In this document: positions 32,187 to 42,472 of the stretch, piece by piece | How the letters are laid out: each line of letters opens with the position of its first letter | Numbering within the stretch: position 1 is the first letter of the stretch | Source: a virus | Direction: 5' to 3' (one strand) | DNA length: 64,000 nt | IMG/VR virus record: IMGVR_UViG_3300031371_000002 | Location: 2,910 to 66,909 of that record | Notes under the pieces: model-generated | Seen by the model: only the letters and a program-made list of their open reading frames with translations | Database searches by the model: none | Told to the model about the DNA's origin: nothing | Program-made: the position numbers and the translations under genes

Positions 32187-32807
32187 TTAAAATAAATCTT
32201 TTAAGCATACTTTCAACATATGTATCAATTTCAACAGATTAGCTTCTGTTGACTTAAAATATTCCAACTTTGTGTCTAATTTATCATATTTCCCTGAATA
32301 TTTAATGTAATAGTGAAGAAAATATTCAATAACCCATGCGTATTTTGAGTGATAAGACTTTATAATCTCTATCTCCTTAACTTCAGGGTAAGTTTTATCT
32401 AGAATAAACCCTCGTGATATAGTCTTCACTCTTTGTATTACATCTCTTGAAAATCCAACCTTATATAGTTGAGTAGAATCATCAAAGATAATTTTAATTA
32501 AGTAGACAAAACCTTCCCCACTTCTACACGCTATTTTATAGTCTGTATTATTGGCACCAGTATTCACTTGAAAGTACATATCTAAAAGAACTTTTTCAGC
32601 AATCTTCAGTTGATTAGAATTTAAATCAAGCTCACTTGTAAGTTTAAGCAGTGCCATTTCCCACTTCCTTAACTCAGTCCTAGGTGCAGCTAATCCTGTT
32701 AATTCGGTATAGTACTCTTTTAAATACGTTGAATATTTTTTCCAATTCTTTCCAGTAATCTTCTTAATTAATTCTTTTTCATTTTGCATATTAAATCCCC
32801 TTTTCAA
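32187..32807 (-). CDS. GIY-YIG / T5orf172-like domain protein
   Basis: GFVYLI..LYKVGFSRDVIQRV..IEYFLH..EYF. Confidence 0.75.
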   Translation of the reverse strand: MKRGFNMQNEKELIKKITGKNWKKYSTYLKEYYTELTGLAAPRTELRKWEMALLKLTSELDLNSNQLKIAEKVLLDMYFQVNTGANNTDYKIACRSGEGFVYLIKIIFDDSTQLYKVGFSRDVIQRVKTISRGFILDKTYPEVKEIEIIKSYHSKYAWVIEYFLHYYIKYSGKYDKLDTKLEYFKSTEANLLKLIHMLKVCLKDLF

Positions 32808-33090
32808 CCATAACTATACCATAAGTTATCTTAAATATATCTTACAAAATAATTTCCATAAAAAACGTCCAAGAGCAATTGTGGGTATTCCGCTTGTTAA
32901 AGCGGGAGGCTGCAATTGCGTAAATAGAATATACTATTAAAGTAGTTTTCAGTAGTTATCCTATATAATGCTGTTCATAGTAGTTATTTCTAAGCTTTGT
33001 ATTTTTAAATAGCTTATAAAATTAGTCTCTAATAGTGTTGCTGGGACAAGCCCAGCGAGTATAAATGAATTTACTTTTAAAAATACTTAT

Positions 33091-33125
33091 TATTTAAGTT
33101 TAGTTTAAGTTGAAATAAGTATAAT
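33091..33125 (+). promoter_or_regulatory. Campylobacterota-type sigma70 promoter
   Basis: TTTAAG..TTTAAG..TATAAT (33120-33125). Confidence 0.7.
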
Positions 33126-33296
33126 GGAGTTAGTTGGGTTTGAGTTAGATTTTAGAAGTAGATTTTTAAAAAGTTATTCTATTTTTATCAATAAAGGAAT
33201 CTTTTTTAAAAAAAACCTAAACAAACATAGTTGTGGGCAGGTTTTATTGAGGATTTGCTAAAAGAAAATATTTTCCAAAAGAAAAAGGAGAAATAA

Positions 33297-33851
33297 TTGA
33301 GTATTGGAAATTTATATATAGAGTCATCCGGTGGAGAGCTTAGGAAGATTGAACGAAAGAAAAAAGGCTCTGATATTTATGTTATGGGAGGGGGTATTAT
33401 AAATCTACCAGTAAGAACAAAATATGAGATGTACCTAAAGACTCCCGAATTTAGTGTTGGTAATTATTATAAATATTATTATTTATTGGTTAAACATCTA
33501 TTACCTAAGTCAACTATTTTAGGTAGGGCAACTAGGACAAAGCCAAAAATTCTAAGATATAAAGATATTTTATCAATATTGAACACTTCTAATAAGACTT
33601 GTAATAGTTTTTTAAAGGAGTGTTTTGAGAGGCAGTATTTACTTGATCTAAATCAAGGAGGATATTCAGTAAACCCCCTTTATTTTAGAAATGGGGTCAA
33701 AATAGGATATACTGATTTTATGATATGGGTAAACGTCTCAAAAGAATATAGAGATAGTTTAGGGGATGATCTTAAGTATGTTATGAATATTCTAGATGAA
33801 TATGGAGTAGCAGATTATTCAATTATTGAAAGATTCATGAAGGATAAATGA
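33297..33851 (+). CDS. Winged-HTH, RepL-like protein
   Basis: FLKEC..YL..GGYSVNPLYFRNG. Confidence 0.5.
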   Translation: MSIGNLYIESSGGELRKIERKKKGSDIYVMGGGIINLPVRTKYEMYLKTPEFSVGNYYKYYYLLVKHLLPKSTILGRATRTKPKILRYKDILSILNTSNKTCNSFLKECFERQYLLDLNQGGYSVNPLYFRNGVKIGYTDFMIWVNVSKEYRDSLGDDLKYVMNILDEYGVADYSIIERFMKDK

Positions 33852-33852
33852 T

Positions 33853-34269
33853 ATGTTTGGAGAATTTGGAATAGAAATACCTTTTGGCGAGAATCAACCT
33901 TTTGTTTATATTATTGATCCTCCTGATTTTAGTAAAAGTGCTTACTATGCTTACTTCTATGATCTTACGAGATGTATTATTCATGGAAGCACTATTATTG
34001 GTGAAGAAGTTGAAGGTAAAGTTAAATACTATGACCGTCACGATATTTGTGAAAAGCTTGATATTTCAAAATCTGCTTTCTATAGATTTATTAATGAATG
34101 TTATGAAAAAGAATTTGTAGTAAAAACTAAAGACGGTAAATATCGTGTAAATCCTTCTTCAGTAATGAGTGATGTGTTCCCAAATCAAAAAGAAATAGAA
34201 TTTTGGAGCAGTAGATTTCCAAAGTGCAAAAAATTCTTTGAAGAAGTTACCGAAGATACGTTTAAATGA
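33853..34269 (+). CDS. Winged-HTH, RepL-like paralog
   Basis: ICEKLDISKSAFYRFINEC..GKYRVNPS. Confidence 0.55.
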   Translation: MFGEFGIEIPFGENQPFVYIIDPPDFSKSAYYAYFYDLTRCIIHGSTIIGEEVEGKVKYYDRHDICEKLDISKSAFYRFINECYEKEFVVKTKDGKYRVNPSSVMSDVFPNQKEIEFWSSRFPKCKKFFEEVTEDTFK

Positions 34270-34525
34270 ATTTGGAAAATTTTTGCCAATTTATGTCAAA
34301 AAATGGGAATCTAGTGGGAAAATTAAGATAAAAAGGGGATAAAATGGAATTAGAAGTAGTAAAAATAATATTAGTAATATGGTTAATTATATCAATGGTC
34401 AGCTCAATGGTGGCAGATTCGTTAATTATTGGTTTTGGTGCAACTACCTTTGCATTTTCTATAGCATATGTAGCTCTATACTTTGGATTTATGTAAAATT
34501 TAAAAAGCTTAGAAAAATAGCTAAT

Positions 34526-34560
34526 ACTTAAGCTTATATTAAGCTAACTAAGTATATAAT
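34526..34560 (+). promoter_or_regulatory. Campylobacterota-type sigma70 promoter
   Basis: TTAAG twice, then TATAAT at 34555-34560. Confidence 0.7.
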
Positions 34561-34602
34561 ACAGTTAAGAAAGAAAAATAAGGAATTATCAGGTGCTAGA
34601 AA

Positions 34603-35163
34603 ATGATTGAACAATATATGAAGATTATGAAAGACAATGTTGCTAAAAGTATTTCACATAGATTTAGAATCCCCTATGATGAAGCTTATAGTGAAGGTCT
34701 TGTTGTTATTGCAGAAAATAAAGATAAATATGCTATGATTACAGATGAGGCTATTTTGAAGAAAAAGATGTGGGGCCATCTACGTTCTAATATATGTGTA
34801 AGAAGAACTATTGAGATTAAAGTTCCTACAGATGATGGACCTAAGCTCAAGAAAAAAAGAGTATGGTTTTATCCAGATTCCCATTATATTGATCCAACTG
34901 ATGTTGAAGATATTATTGATGATGAAGACGGAACAGAACTTCTTAAAAATATCTTCTTCAAACACATTGATGATTTTGGATTGGATGAGGAAGAGACTTT
35001 ATTTATTGATATGTGCTTTTCAGGGCTTGATCCAGAAGATGATTCTCATAGAGATCACTTTGAAGAAGCATTTCCTGATAAGAAAGTCAGTTATCTAAAG
35101 AAAGGTTATATGAATGCTCTTACCGAAAAAATTAAGGCAAACTCTCCTTTCATTAGAAGTTGA
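34603..35163 (+). CDS. Possible divergent sigma-factor-like regulator
   Basis: RFRIPYDEAYSEG resembles sigma region 2; weak. Confidence 0.3.
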   Translation: MIEQYMKIMKDNVAKSISHRFRIPYDEAYSEGLVVIAENKDKYAMITDEAILKKKMWGHLRSNICVRRTIEIKVPTDDGPKLKKKRVWFYPDSHYIDPTDVEDIIDDEDGTELLKNIFFKHIDDFGLDEEETLFIDMCFSGLDPEDDSHRDHFEEAFPDKKVSYLKKGYMNALTEKIKANSPFIRS

Positions 35164-35716
35164 TGAAGAGACAGGTGATTGGAAAGTTCCTTTTGGTGTT
35201 AAAGCTTTAGGGAGATCGTATAAACCAGAAGATATTGAATGGTTAAAACGTCACCATAGAGTTATTACCAGAGATTCTTTATTTCATTGGTGGAATGTAA
35301 GGACTAAAAGGAAATGGAGTTGGGATGGTTTTATGGATGTGATGGCTAGACATAGAGTTACTAAAGAGAAAGATAAAGGGAATATACCTCATTTGATGAT
35401 TTGTTTAAAGGATTTTATGTGAGAGTAAAAGTACATACAACAAGTTTTGGTGATGTTGAAGTAGAATTAATTCCTGAAGATGAATTTTATGATATGGTAG
35501 AAGCTGGAGATAACCCTTATCGTTGGAATGAGACTACTATTGGGTATATTAACATATACGCTTATAAAACAAGAATTGTAGGTACAGAAACTATGTATGA
35601 TGTATATGAACTAGGTAAAAGATCATTGAATGAAATTTGTAAACAGTTAAATGGAGAACTAATTCATTATTCCCAATCTCCAATTAAAATTTAAAAAGCT
35701 TAGGAAAGGATAACAA

Positions 35717-36256
35717 TTGACAATATTTACAGAATGGTTAAAAGAACAAGGTGCTTATGATGAGTATATGAAGTTTATAAATACTGGAGCAATAAGAGAG
35801 GCTGAAGCAATTGACTACATTGCTTCAGCCTTTACTTGGGGGAATTCTAGTAGTGGACATAACTTTTGGGAGACTCTAAACTACGAATGGCAAGATATCT
35901 GTCGAGCTACATCAATAGATGAGATAGTCTTTTCATCAGAAAAAAAGAAAGAAGGTACTTCTCTCAAAGGTAGCTATATTTTATCAAGAGAAGAGATAGA
36001 TGGAATCTTAGGAAATAAAGAGTCATCAGAGAATAATGGTGGATCAACAGACTATTATAAGTTTGATCCAGAATGGAAAGATTGTCAAGATATTATTGAA
36101 GATAGAAATATGAACTATGCTCAAGGTAATATTTTTAAATCAGCATTCACATTTAATATTGGAAGACATAGTGGTACAGATTATGAACGTGATCTGAATA
36201 AAATTATCTGGTTTGCCCAGAGAGAACTTGAAAGGATTAAAAATGACCATAACTAA
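35717..36256 (+). CDS. DUF3310 / T7 gp1.7-like domain protein
   Basis: GGSTDYY..MNYAQGNIFK..DLNKIIWFA. Confidence 0.65.
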   Translation: MTIFTEWLKEQGAYDEYMKFINTGAIREAEAIDYIASAFTWGNSSSGHNFWETLNYEWQDICRATSIDEIVFSSEKKKEGTSLKGSYILSREEIDGILGNKESSENNGGSTDYYKFDPEWKDCQDIIEDRNMNYAQGNIFKSAFTFNIGRHSGTDYERDLNKIIWFAQRELERIKNDHN

Positions 36257-37006
36257 ATTAAATAAAGCAACTATTCTATATGGGGAGCTTGAAGATGTTA
36301 AAATAAAATTGGAAGAGCTTGAAGCAATTGATATTGAATTAGGTATTTCATTTGAATACGATTATGATGAGGAAAAATATAGTCGATCAAGTTTCAAACT
36401 TTCTGGAAAAGAAGTGAAGGAGTACGTAGTAAAACACCTTATAGAATTTTACAAAGCAAAACGGGAATAATTAGCAAAATCATTTGATGAACTATAAATA
36501 AAAAGGATTAAAAATGCAAACAACAATTAACACACAAGATAGAACAACAAAGAAACAAGAGAAACTAGCAAGACGTATTATTCGTGATAATGATTTGTCT
36601 GATCTTAGAAGCTATTACGCAAAAGAAAAACATCTAAGTAGAAGTGGTAAAGAATATACTAACCTAGTAAAACGTGATAAAAATCATTGGATTGATCGTT
36701 CCATTATTGCTTTTAAAGAAGAAGGAAATAAGACAATTCTTTGGCCTGTTGGAGTTAAGTGATGGAATATTCAGAAAGATTTAAAAAGACAATTTTAAAT
36801 GGGCATGATCTCTATACCAAGTGTAGAGACTATCTAATAAATAAAGGGCTAGAAAATGTGATTTCATCAAGTACTGCCGATGCTTGGACTAAGACTTACG
36901 TATTCGATACTGGTGTAGTTTTCAGAGAACATGTTAATGCACTTGATCCAGTAGAAGATATTGTAAGTGTTGTTGAAAAAGTTCTATTACTAGATGAAAA
37001 TGGAAT

Positions 37007-37735
37007 GTGGGAGGATTGATGGAATATAAGAAACCAAAAGTAACCCTCCTTCACGCAACTCCTCTTTGGGTGTCTGAGGGGGCTGGAAGAGTTTGTTATA
37101 ATTCTTTTGATATGTCTGAAAATGAACAAATGAAATCATTTCCAGAAGTTGAAGAAGATATTGAATCAAGTGAACTTTTAGAGAAACTATCATGGGTTCA
37201 TTTTCATGAAAGTGTTCTTGAGCATACTTCTCTAAGCTTTTATATTCAGAATGTTAGCCGTGAGATTGTCATGGAGTGGAATCGGCACAGATTAGGAATG
37301 CCTACGAGTCAGAAATCGACCAGATACACTATTGAATGTCTGATTGATGATTGGATTGATTTGAATGCCAATTTCTTTTCACAAGATGCACATAATGCTT
37401 TTGAAAAAGTTGTAAAAGAAAATGTGGTACATGATGATTTTGAAATGATTCAGATTATTTCAGACTATCTATACAAAAGCCTTAAAAGATATCACGAAGA
37501 AGAACCTCTTGTAAAAGGTTTGACTGGAAGCAAAAAGAAGAAACAAAATGACCGTGTAAAAAGATGCTTGCCTGAGAGTTGGATGACAGAAGGTGTGTGG
37601 ACATTTAATCTGAGAGCTTTGAAGCATTTTATTTCGCTTAGGGAGTCAGGTGCAGCATATCCTTATATTAGAGAGCTTACACAGGAGATTATTAAAGCAA
37701 CTCCTGAAAAGTATCTCAGATTGGTAAAGAAATGA
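37007..37735 (+). CDS. thyX: Flavin-dependent thymidylate synthase
   Basis: HESVLEH; RHR..SQKSTRY; NLRALKHFISLR. Confidence 0.95.
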   Translation: MGGLMEYKKPKVTLLHATPLWVSEGAGRVCYNSFDMSENEQMKSFPEVEEDIESSELLEKLSWVHFHESVLEHTSLSFYIQNVSREIVMEWNRHRLGMPTSQKSTRYTIECLIDDWIDLNANFFSQDAHNAFEKVVKENVVHDDFEMIQIISDYLYKSLKRYHEEEPLVKGLTGSKKKKQNDRVKRCLPESWMTEGVWTFNLRALKHFISLRESGAAYPYIRELTQEIIKATPEKYLRLVKK

Positions 37736-38007
37736 GATATGTACTAAACTTTTTCTTCAACGGAGAGGAGTATTATCTTCCTATTGAAGACAGACATATT
37801 CTAGATGCTGAAGACCCGGAAGGAAAGCATAAAGTAATTGACGTTTGTGATCCTTTCATTGGTCTTGAAGCAGATAGAAGTGTAGCACAGATTAATAGAA
37901 CAATGAATTGGTTTATAGAAAATGAACTTGATATTTCATTGGCAGAAGATTTTTTAGAAAATGTATTAGATATTGACACAGAAATAACATATTAAGGAGA
38001 ATAGTAA

Positions 38008-40137
38008 GTGAGTATTCATGTAAAAAAGAAAAATGGCACATTTGAAGCCTTAGATATTAGTAAGATAAAGAAACAGACTATGAAATCTTGTGAAGGTCTT
38101 ACTAACGTAAGTGCTGATGAGCTAGAGCTGGATTCAAATATTCAATTTACGGATGGAATGTCAACAGAGGATATTCAAAAGACTCTGATTGATACAGCAG
38201 CATCTAAGATTGATATTGATAGACCTGATTGGTCTTTTGTAGCTGCAAGACTTTTTATGTATGATTTGTACAAGAGTATTTGTGCTCTTTATGGAAAGGA
38301 TTGTCAAGGAAATCCTTATGAAACTATTTCACTAAGGGAGTATATTCAATTTGGAGTTGATCAAGATAGATTTAGAAAAGAGCTTCTAGACTTTGACCTA
38401 GAAAACATCCAAGAGAGTATTAATCCTGAAAACGATAAACTATTCAACTACCTTGGAGCAGTGACTCTTGTAGATAAATATTTGATCAGAGCTAGAAACT
38501 CAGATTATACTTTTGAATTGCCCCAATATATGCTTATGGCAAATGCTATGTCTTTTGCTTTGGTTGAGAAAGATAAAGAATATTGGGCAAAGGAGTTTTA
38601 TCAGATTATGTCTGATCAAGAGTTCATTACGGGAACTCCATCAATCTCTAATGGAAGACTGAAAGACAAAAGCTGTTTCAGTTGTTTTGTTGGTACAACT
38701 CCAGATAGCCTTGATGGTATTTTTGATAGCTATAAAGAAATGGCTTTTATTAGTAAATTTGGAGGAGGCATCGGTTGGGATTGGTCTCGTATTCGTGCTG
38801 GAGGGGGCCCTATTGATGGGCATAAAGGGGCAGCAGGAGGTAAAGTTCCATTCTTGAGAATTGTTAATGATATTGCTCTTGCAGTAGATCAACTAGGTGT
38901 TAGAAAAGGAGCAATTAAAGTCTATATTGAATCTTGGGATTTAGAAGTCCTTGATTTTATTGATCTTAAAAAACAGTCTGGTGAGATTAGACGAAGAGCA
39001 CATGACTTATTTACTGCTGTATCATGTTCTGACCTATTTATGCAACGTGCAGAGAATGAGGAGATGTGGACATTATTTGATCCATATGATGTTGCTGACC
39101 TTTGCGAGACTTTTGGAGATGAGTTTGAATCTAAATATCTTGCATATGAAGAACTTGCCAATAAAGGTAAAATTAGAAGTACCAAAATCAATGCTAAGGA
39201 TTTGTGGAAAAAGATTATCCTGAGTTATTATGAAACAGGTTCTCCTGATCTGTTCTTTAAAGATCATACAAATAATGGTCATATGAATAAGCATCTTGGG
39301 ATTATTCGCTCAGGAAATCTATGCAGTGAGTACATGGCTCCTACCGATGAAGAGCATACAGCGGTATGTAACTTAGGCAGTATTAATCTAGCAAAAGTTA
39401 ATACTAGAAATGACCTTGCAAGAGTTGTTCCTATTGCGGTACGACTTCTTGATAATATTATTGATATTTCTGGCTACCCTTCAGAAAAAGCTAAAAGAAC
39501 ACAAATGGAAAGACGTTCTATTGGTTTGGGCATTATGGGTGAGGCTGAAATGATTGCAACTAAACTGATTAAGTTTGGAAGTGCTGAACATGAATCTATG
39601 ATTCACGAAGTGTATGGAGCACTTAGAGAAATTTCAGAAATAACTTCTATGTCTTTGGCAGATGAGAAGGGAACTTACCCAATGTGGGAAGGTTCTGAAT
39701 GGGGGAAACAAGGTAAGAAAATGCGAAATGCGTATCTTCTTTGTATCGCACCTACTAGCTCTATTTCTATTTTGTTTGGGACAACTCAATCTATTGAGCC
39801 TGTTTACAAGAGGAAATGGTTTGAAGAGAATCTAAGTGGATTGATTCCTGTAGTTGCTCCAAATATTAATGCTGAAAATTACCAGTATTATGAGAGTGTC
39901 TATGATGTGGATCAAATGAGAATGGTTGAGCTTACAGGTATTAGACAGAAATATATTGACATGGCAATTAGTCATAACATTTTCCTTGACCCTAAAACCG
40001 TTACAGGAAAACAGATTAATGATATTCTGATGTACTCTTGGAAGAAGGGTATGAAAAGCACTTACTATCTGAGAAGCAAGAGCTACGAAAAAGAAGAAGT
40101 CAACCAAGATAAAATCTTGTGTGAGGGCTGTCAATGA
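38008..40137 (+). CDS. nrdA: Ribonucleotide reductase class Ia alpha subunit with ATP cone
   Basis: SCF, GGGIG, NLCSE, CNLGS, APTSS, STYY, C-terminal CEGC. Confidence 0.97.
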   Translation: MSIHVKKKNGTFEALDISKIKKQTMKSCEGLTNVSADELELDSNIQFTDGMSTEDIQKTLIDTAASKIDIDRPDWSFVAARLFMYDLYKSICALYGKDCQGNPYETISLREYIQFGVDQDRFRKELLDFDLENIQESINPENDKLFNYLGAVTLVDKYLIRARNSDYTFELPQYMLMANAMSFALVEKDKEYWAKEFYQIMSDQEFITGTPSISNGRLKDKSCFSCFVGTTPDSLDGIFDSYKEMAFISKFGGGIGWDWSRIRAGGGPIDGHKGAAGGKVPFLRIVNDIALAVDQLGVRKGAIKVYIESWDLEVLDFIDLKKQSGEIRRRAHDLFTAVSCSDLFMQRAENEEMWTLFDPYDVADLCETFGDEFESKYLAYEELANKGKIRSTKINAKDLWKKIILSYYETGSPDLFFKDHTNNGHMNKHLGIIRSGNLCSEYMAPTDEEHTAVCNLGSINLAKVNTRNDLARVVPIAVRLLDNIIDISGYPSEKAKRTQMERRSIGLGIMGEAEMIATKLIKFGSAEHESMIHEVYGALREISEITSMSLADEKGTYPMWEGSEWGKQGKKMRNAYLLCIAPTSSISILFGTTQSIEPVYKRKWFEENLSGLIPVVAPNINAENYQYYESVYDVDQMRMVELTGIRQKYIDMAISHNIFLDPKTVTGKQINDILMYSWKKGMKSTYYLRSKSYEKEEVNQDKILCEGCQ

Positions 40138-41153
40138 ACCGTAAAAAAGTATATAATCCTGAATCAACCGAAAAGATTGATCAGGCAATGGTGTTTGGGG
40201 GGAGTCCCTCCGGCATCATTAATTCAACAAAGCCTACAAACAAAAAAGCTTTAGAACTTTATATTGGAATGCTGAATAATACTTGGTTTCCTGAAGAGGC
40301 AGATACTAGTCGGGATAAAGTCCCATATGCCAGTCTGTCAGAATATGAAAAGAGAATGTTTGACTTAGCTCTGGCTCAACTTATCTTTAATGATAGCGAG
40401 CAGACAAATAATCTTATGGATAATATCAATCCTTATGTTACTGATCCTATCTACAATGTATGTTTGGCTAGACAGGCATTTGAAGAAGGTCTGCATTCCT
40501 TCTCCTATGGGGTTATGGTAGAAGATTTATCCGTAAATACCGATGCTATTTATGAGATGTATAAAACTGATCCCGTACTTAGGGAGAAGAATGATGCTAT
40601 CGCTAATATGTATGCTGAACTTGCAGATGACCCCTCAGAGGAGGAGAAAGCACTAGCTCTTGTTGCAAATAATATACTTGAAGGAATTCCTTTCTTTGGG
40701 GGGTTTGCTGCTATCTGGTCACTTGGACATAAAATGCTTGGATCAGCAACGATGGTTAAGTTTATTGCAAGAGATGAAAATGGAACACACCTTCCTCTAT
40801 TTGGTATGATGTTTCAGGATAATCTGAAACAAAGACCTTATCTAAATACTGAGCAATTGAGGTCTAAAATTTACGATAAGGTAGATAAATTTGTAAATCT
40901 TGAGATTAAGTGGACAAAGTATATTACAGGTGGTAATATTTTAGGGTTCTCAGATAGCTCAATTGAGAGATATATTCAGTATCGTGGAGATGTTGTATTA
41001 GATAATCTAGGATATGAGAGGAGATATTTCCCCGAGTATAGTCCTCTGATTGACCTTGAAAAGAAATATATTGACTTTAATGCTCATAGAACCAACTTCT
41101 TTGAGGGGAATGTGACTAATTACTCAAAAGGTGGATTAGATATGAGTTTTTAA
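40134..41153 (+). CDS. nrdB: Ribonucleotide reductase beta subunit
   Basis: WFPEE; EGLHSFSY; LEGIPFFGGF; RDENGTH; TNFFE. Confidence 0.96.
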   Translation: MNRKKVYNPESTEKIDQAMVFGGSPSGIINSTKPTNKKALELYIGMLNNTWFPEEADTSRDKVPYASLSEYEKRMFDLALAQLIFNDSEQTNNLMDNINPYVTDPIYNVCLARQAFEEGLHSFSYGVMVEDLSVNTDAIYEMYKTDPVLREKNDAIANMYAELADDPSEEEKALALVANNILEGIPFFGGFAAIWSLGHKMLGSATMVKFIARDENGTHLPLFGMMFQDNLKQRPYLNTEQLRSKIYDKVDKFVNLEIKWTKYITGGNILGFSDSSIERYIQYRGDVVLDNLGYERRYFPEYSPLIDLEKKYIDFNAHRTNFFEGNVTNYSKGGLDMSF

Positions 41154-41182
41154 GTAAACTTTAAGCAAGTATGCTATATAAT
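41150..41182 (+). promoter_or_regulatory. sigma70 promoter for the sulfotransferase block
   Basis: TTAAG twice, then TATAAT at 41177-41182. Confidence 0.65.
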
Positions 41183-41202
41183 ACTATTACAAAAGGAGAA
41201 AT

Positions 41203-41892
41203 ATGAATAAACCTATTTTCTTTTTGCACATCACTAAAACAGGTGGGCAAACAATTGAGGAGCTTTTGAGGAGAAATTACTCTAAGGTTTTTCAATTTGG
41301 ACATGATGAAGATTATAAAAGTCTTCCTCAAGGACATGAGGTGTATATGGGTCAGACAGCACCCTATACGAGGGACTTGATTGAAGGGGATGTTTTCTCC
41401 TTTGCTTTTGTTCGTGATCCTGTTGAAAGGCTCGTTTCTTTTTATAACTATTATAAAGTTCATAAATTTAGACGAGTTAGATGGATTCATGCTGATGGAA
41501 CTCATGAAGAGTATCCAATTGATTCAAGTCTTCCTTTGATTGAGTTCTTTGAACAAGAGCCTATTAAGAAAGTTTGTTTCAATCGTATGGCGAGGGATTT
41601 TGGAGCTGAGGAACCCCTATTCGATTTATCCAACAGCAACTTATCCTATGATAAATACGATTACTTTATGTCTAAAATAGATTCCTATGATTTTATTGGT
41701 ATCTTTGAGGAGTTTGATGAAAGCCTTTCTAGACTTGGAAAAATCTTAGGGAAAGATTTTGAAAAGATACATGTAAACAGGGTTAAGAAAGAAAAAGAAG
41801 TTGTTACAGAGGCAGAATATGAATATCTAGAGTATTATACAGCATATGATGAAGCTATATATGAATACTGTCTGAAGAAGTTTCACAAATGA
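41203..41892 (+). CDS. Sulfotransferase (Sulfotransfer_2 family)
   Basis: 5'-PSB FLHITKTGG; 3'-PB FVRDPVERLVSFY; FIGIFE. Confidence 0.85.
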   Translation: MNKPIFFLHITKTGGQTIEELLRRNYSKVFQFGHDEDYKSLPQGHEVYMGQTAPYTRDLIEGDVFSFAFVRDPVERLVSFYNYYKVHKFRRVRWIHADGTHEEYPIDSSLPLIEFFEQEPIKKVCFNRMARDFGAEEPLFDLSNSNLSYDKYDYFMSKIDSYDFIGIFEEFDESLSRLGKILGKDFEKIHVNRVKKEKEVVTEAEYEYLEYYTAYDEAIYEYCLKKFHK

Positions 41893-42446
41893 AAGACTTG
41901 TGTGTAGTCATAGGTGGAGCACAATGTTGGGAACAGGACTTTGAGAACTTTCTTGAACTTGTTCCTGATAATGCGGCTTTTGATATTGCTGTGATAAATG
42001 ATCATATGGGAACATTTGATATGTTTCCTATTTCATGGATTTTCACATTGCATCCTGAAAAAATAGACAATTGGCTTTCAGCTAGAATTAAGCCAACATC
42101 TGCTAAAATTGTAACTATACAAAAGCCATCTAATGTAGAGTTATCTTCTGAGGTTTTTGAATATGTTCCCCATATTGGTTTATGCCAATCAGGTAGTTCA
42201 GGATTATATGCAGTTTGTAATCTATTGAATAGGTATGGATATAGAAAAGTTGTTGCTTGCGGTATTCCTATGACTTCTGAAAAGAATTATTTCAGAGATG
42301 AGAAGAAATGGCAACAATCTGATCTATATTATAAAGGTTGGAAAAAACCTGAGCTTAGGAAAATACTTCAACCAAGGTTCCGTAGTATGTCAGGATGGAC
42401 TAAAGGAAGATTTTTAGCACCTGATAGAGAATGGTTAATGAAATAA
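41889..42446 (+). CDS. DUF115/MptE/sialyltransferase-fold-like protein
   Basis: VVIGGA; IAVIND; GSSGLYAV; GYRKVVACGIPM. Confidence 0.55.
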   Translation: MKDLCVVIGGAQCWEQDFENFLELVPDNAAFDIAVINDHMGTFDMFPISWIFTLHPEKIDNWLSARIKPTSAKIVTIQKPSNVELSSEVFEYVPHIGLCQSGSSGLYAVCNLLNRYGYRKVVACGIPMTSEKNYFRDEKKWQQSDLYYKGWKKPELRKILQPRFRSMSGWTKGRFLAPDREWLMK

Positions 42447-42472
42447 ATTAAAAAAATAAAAGGAAAATATAA

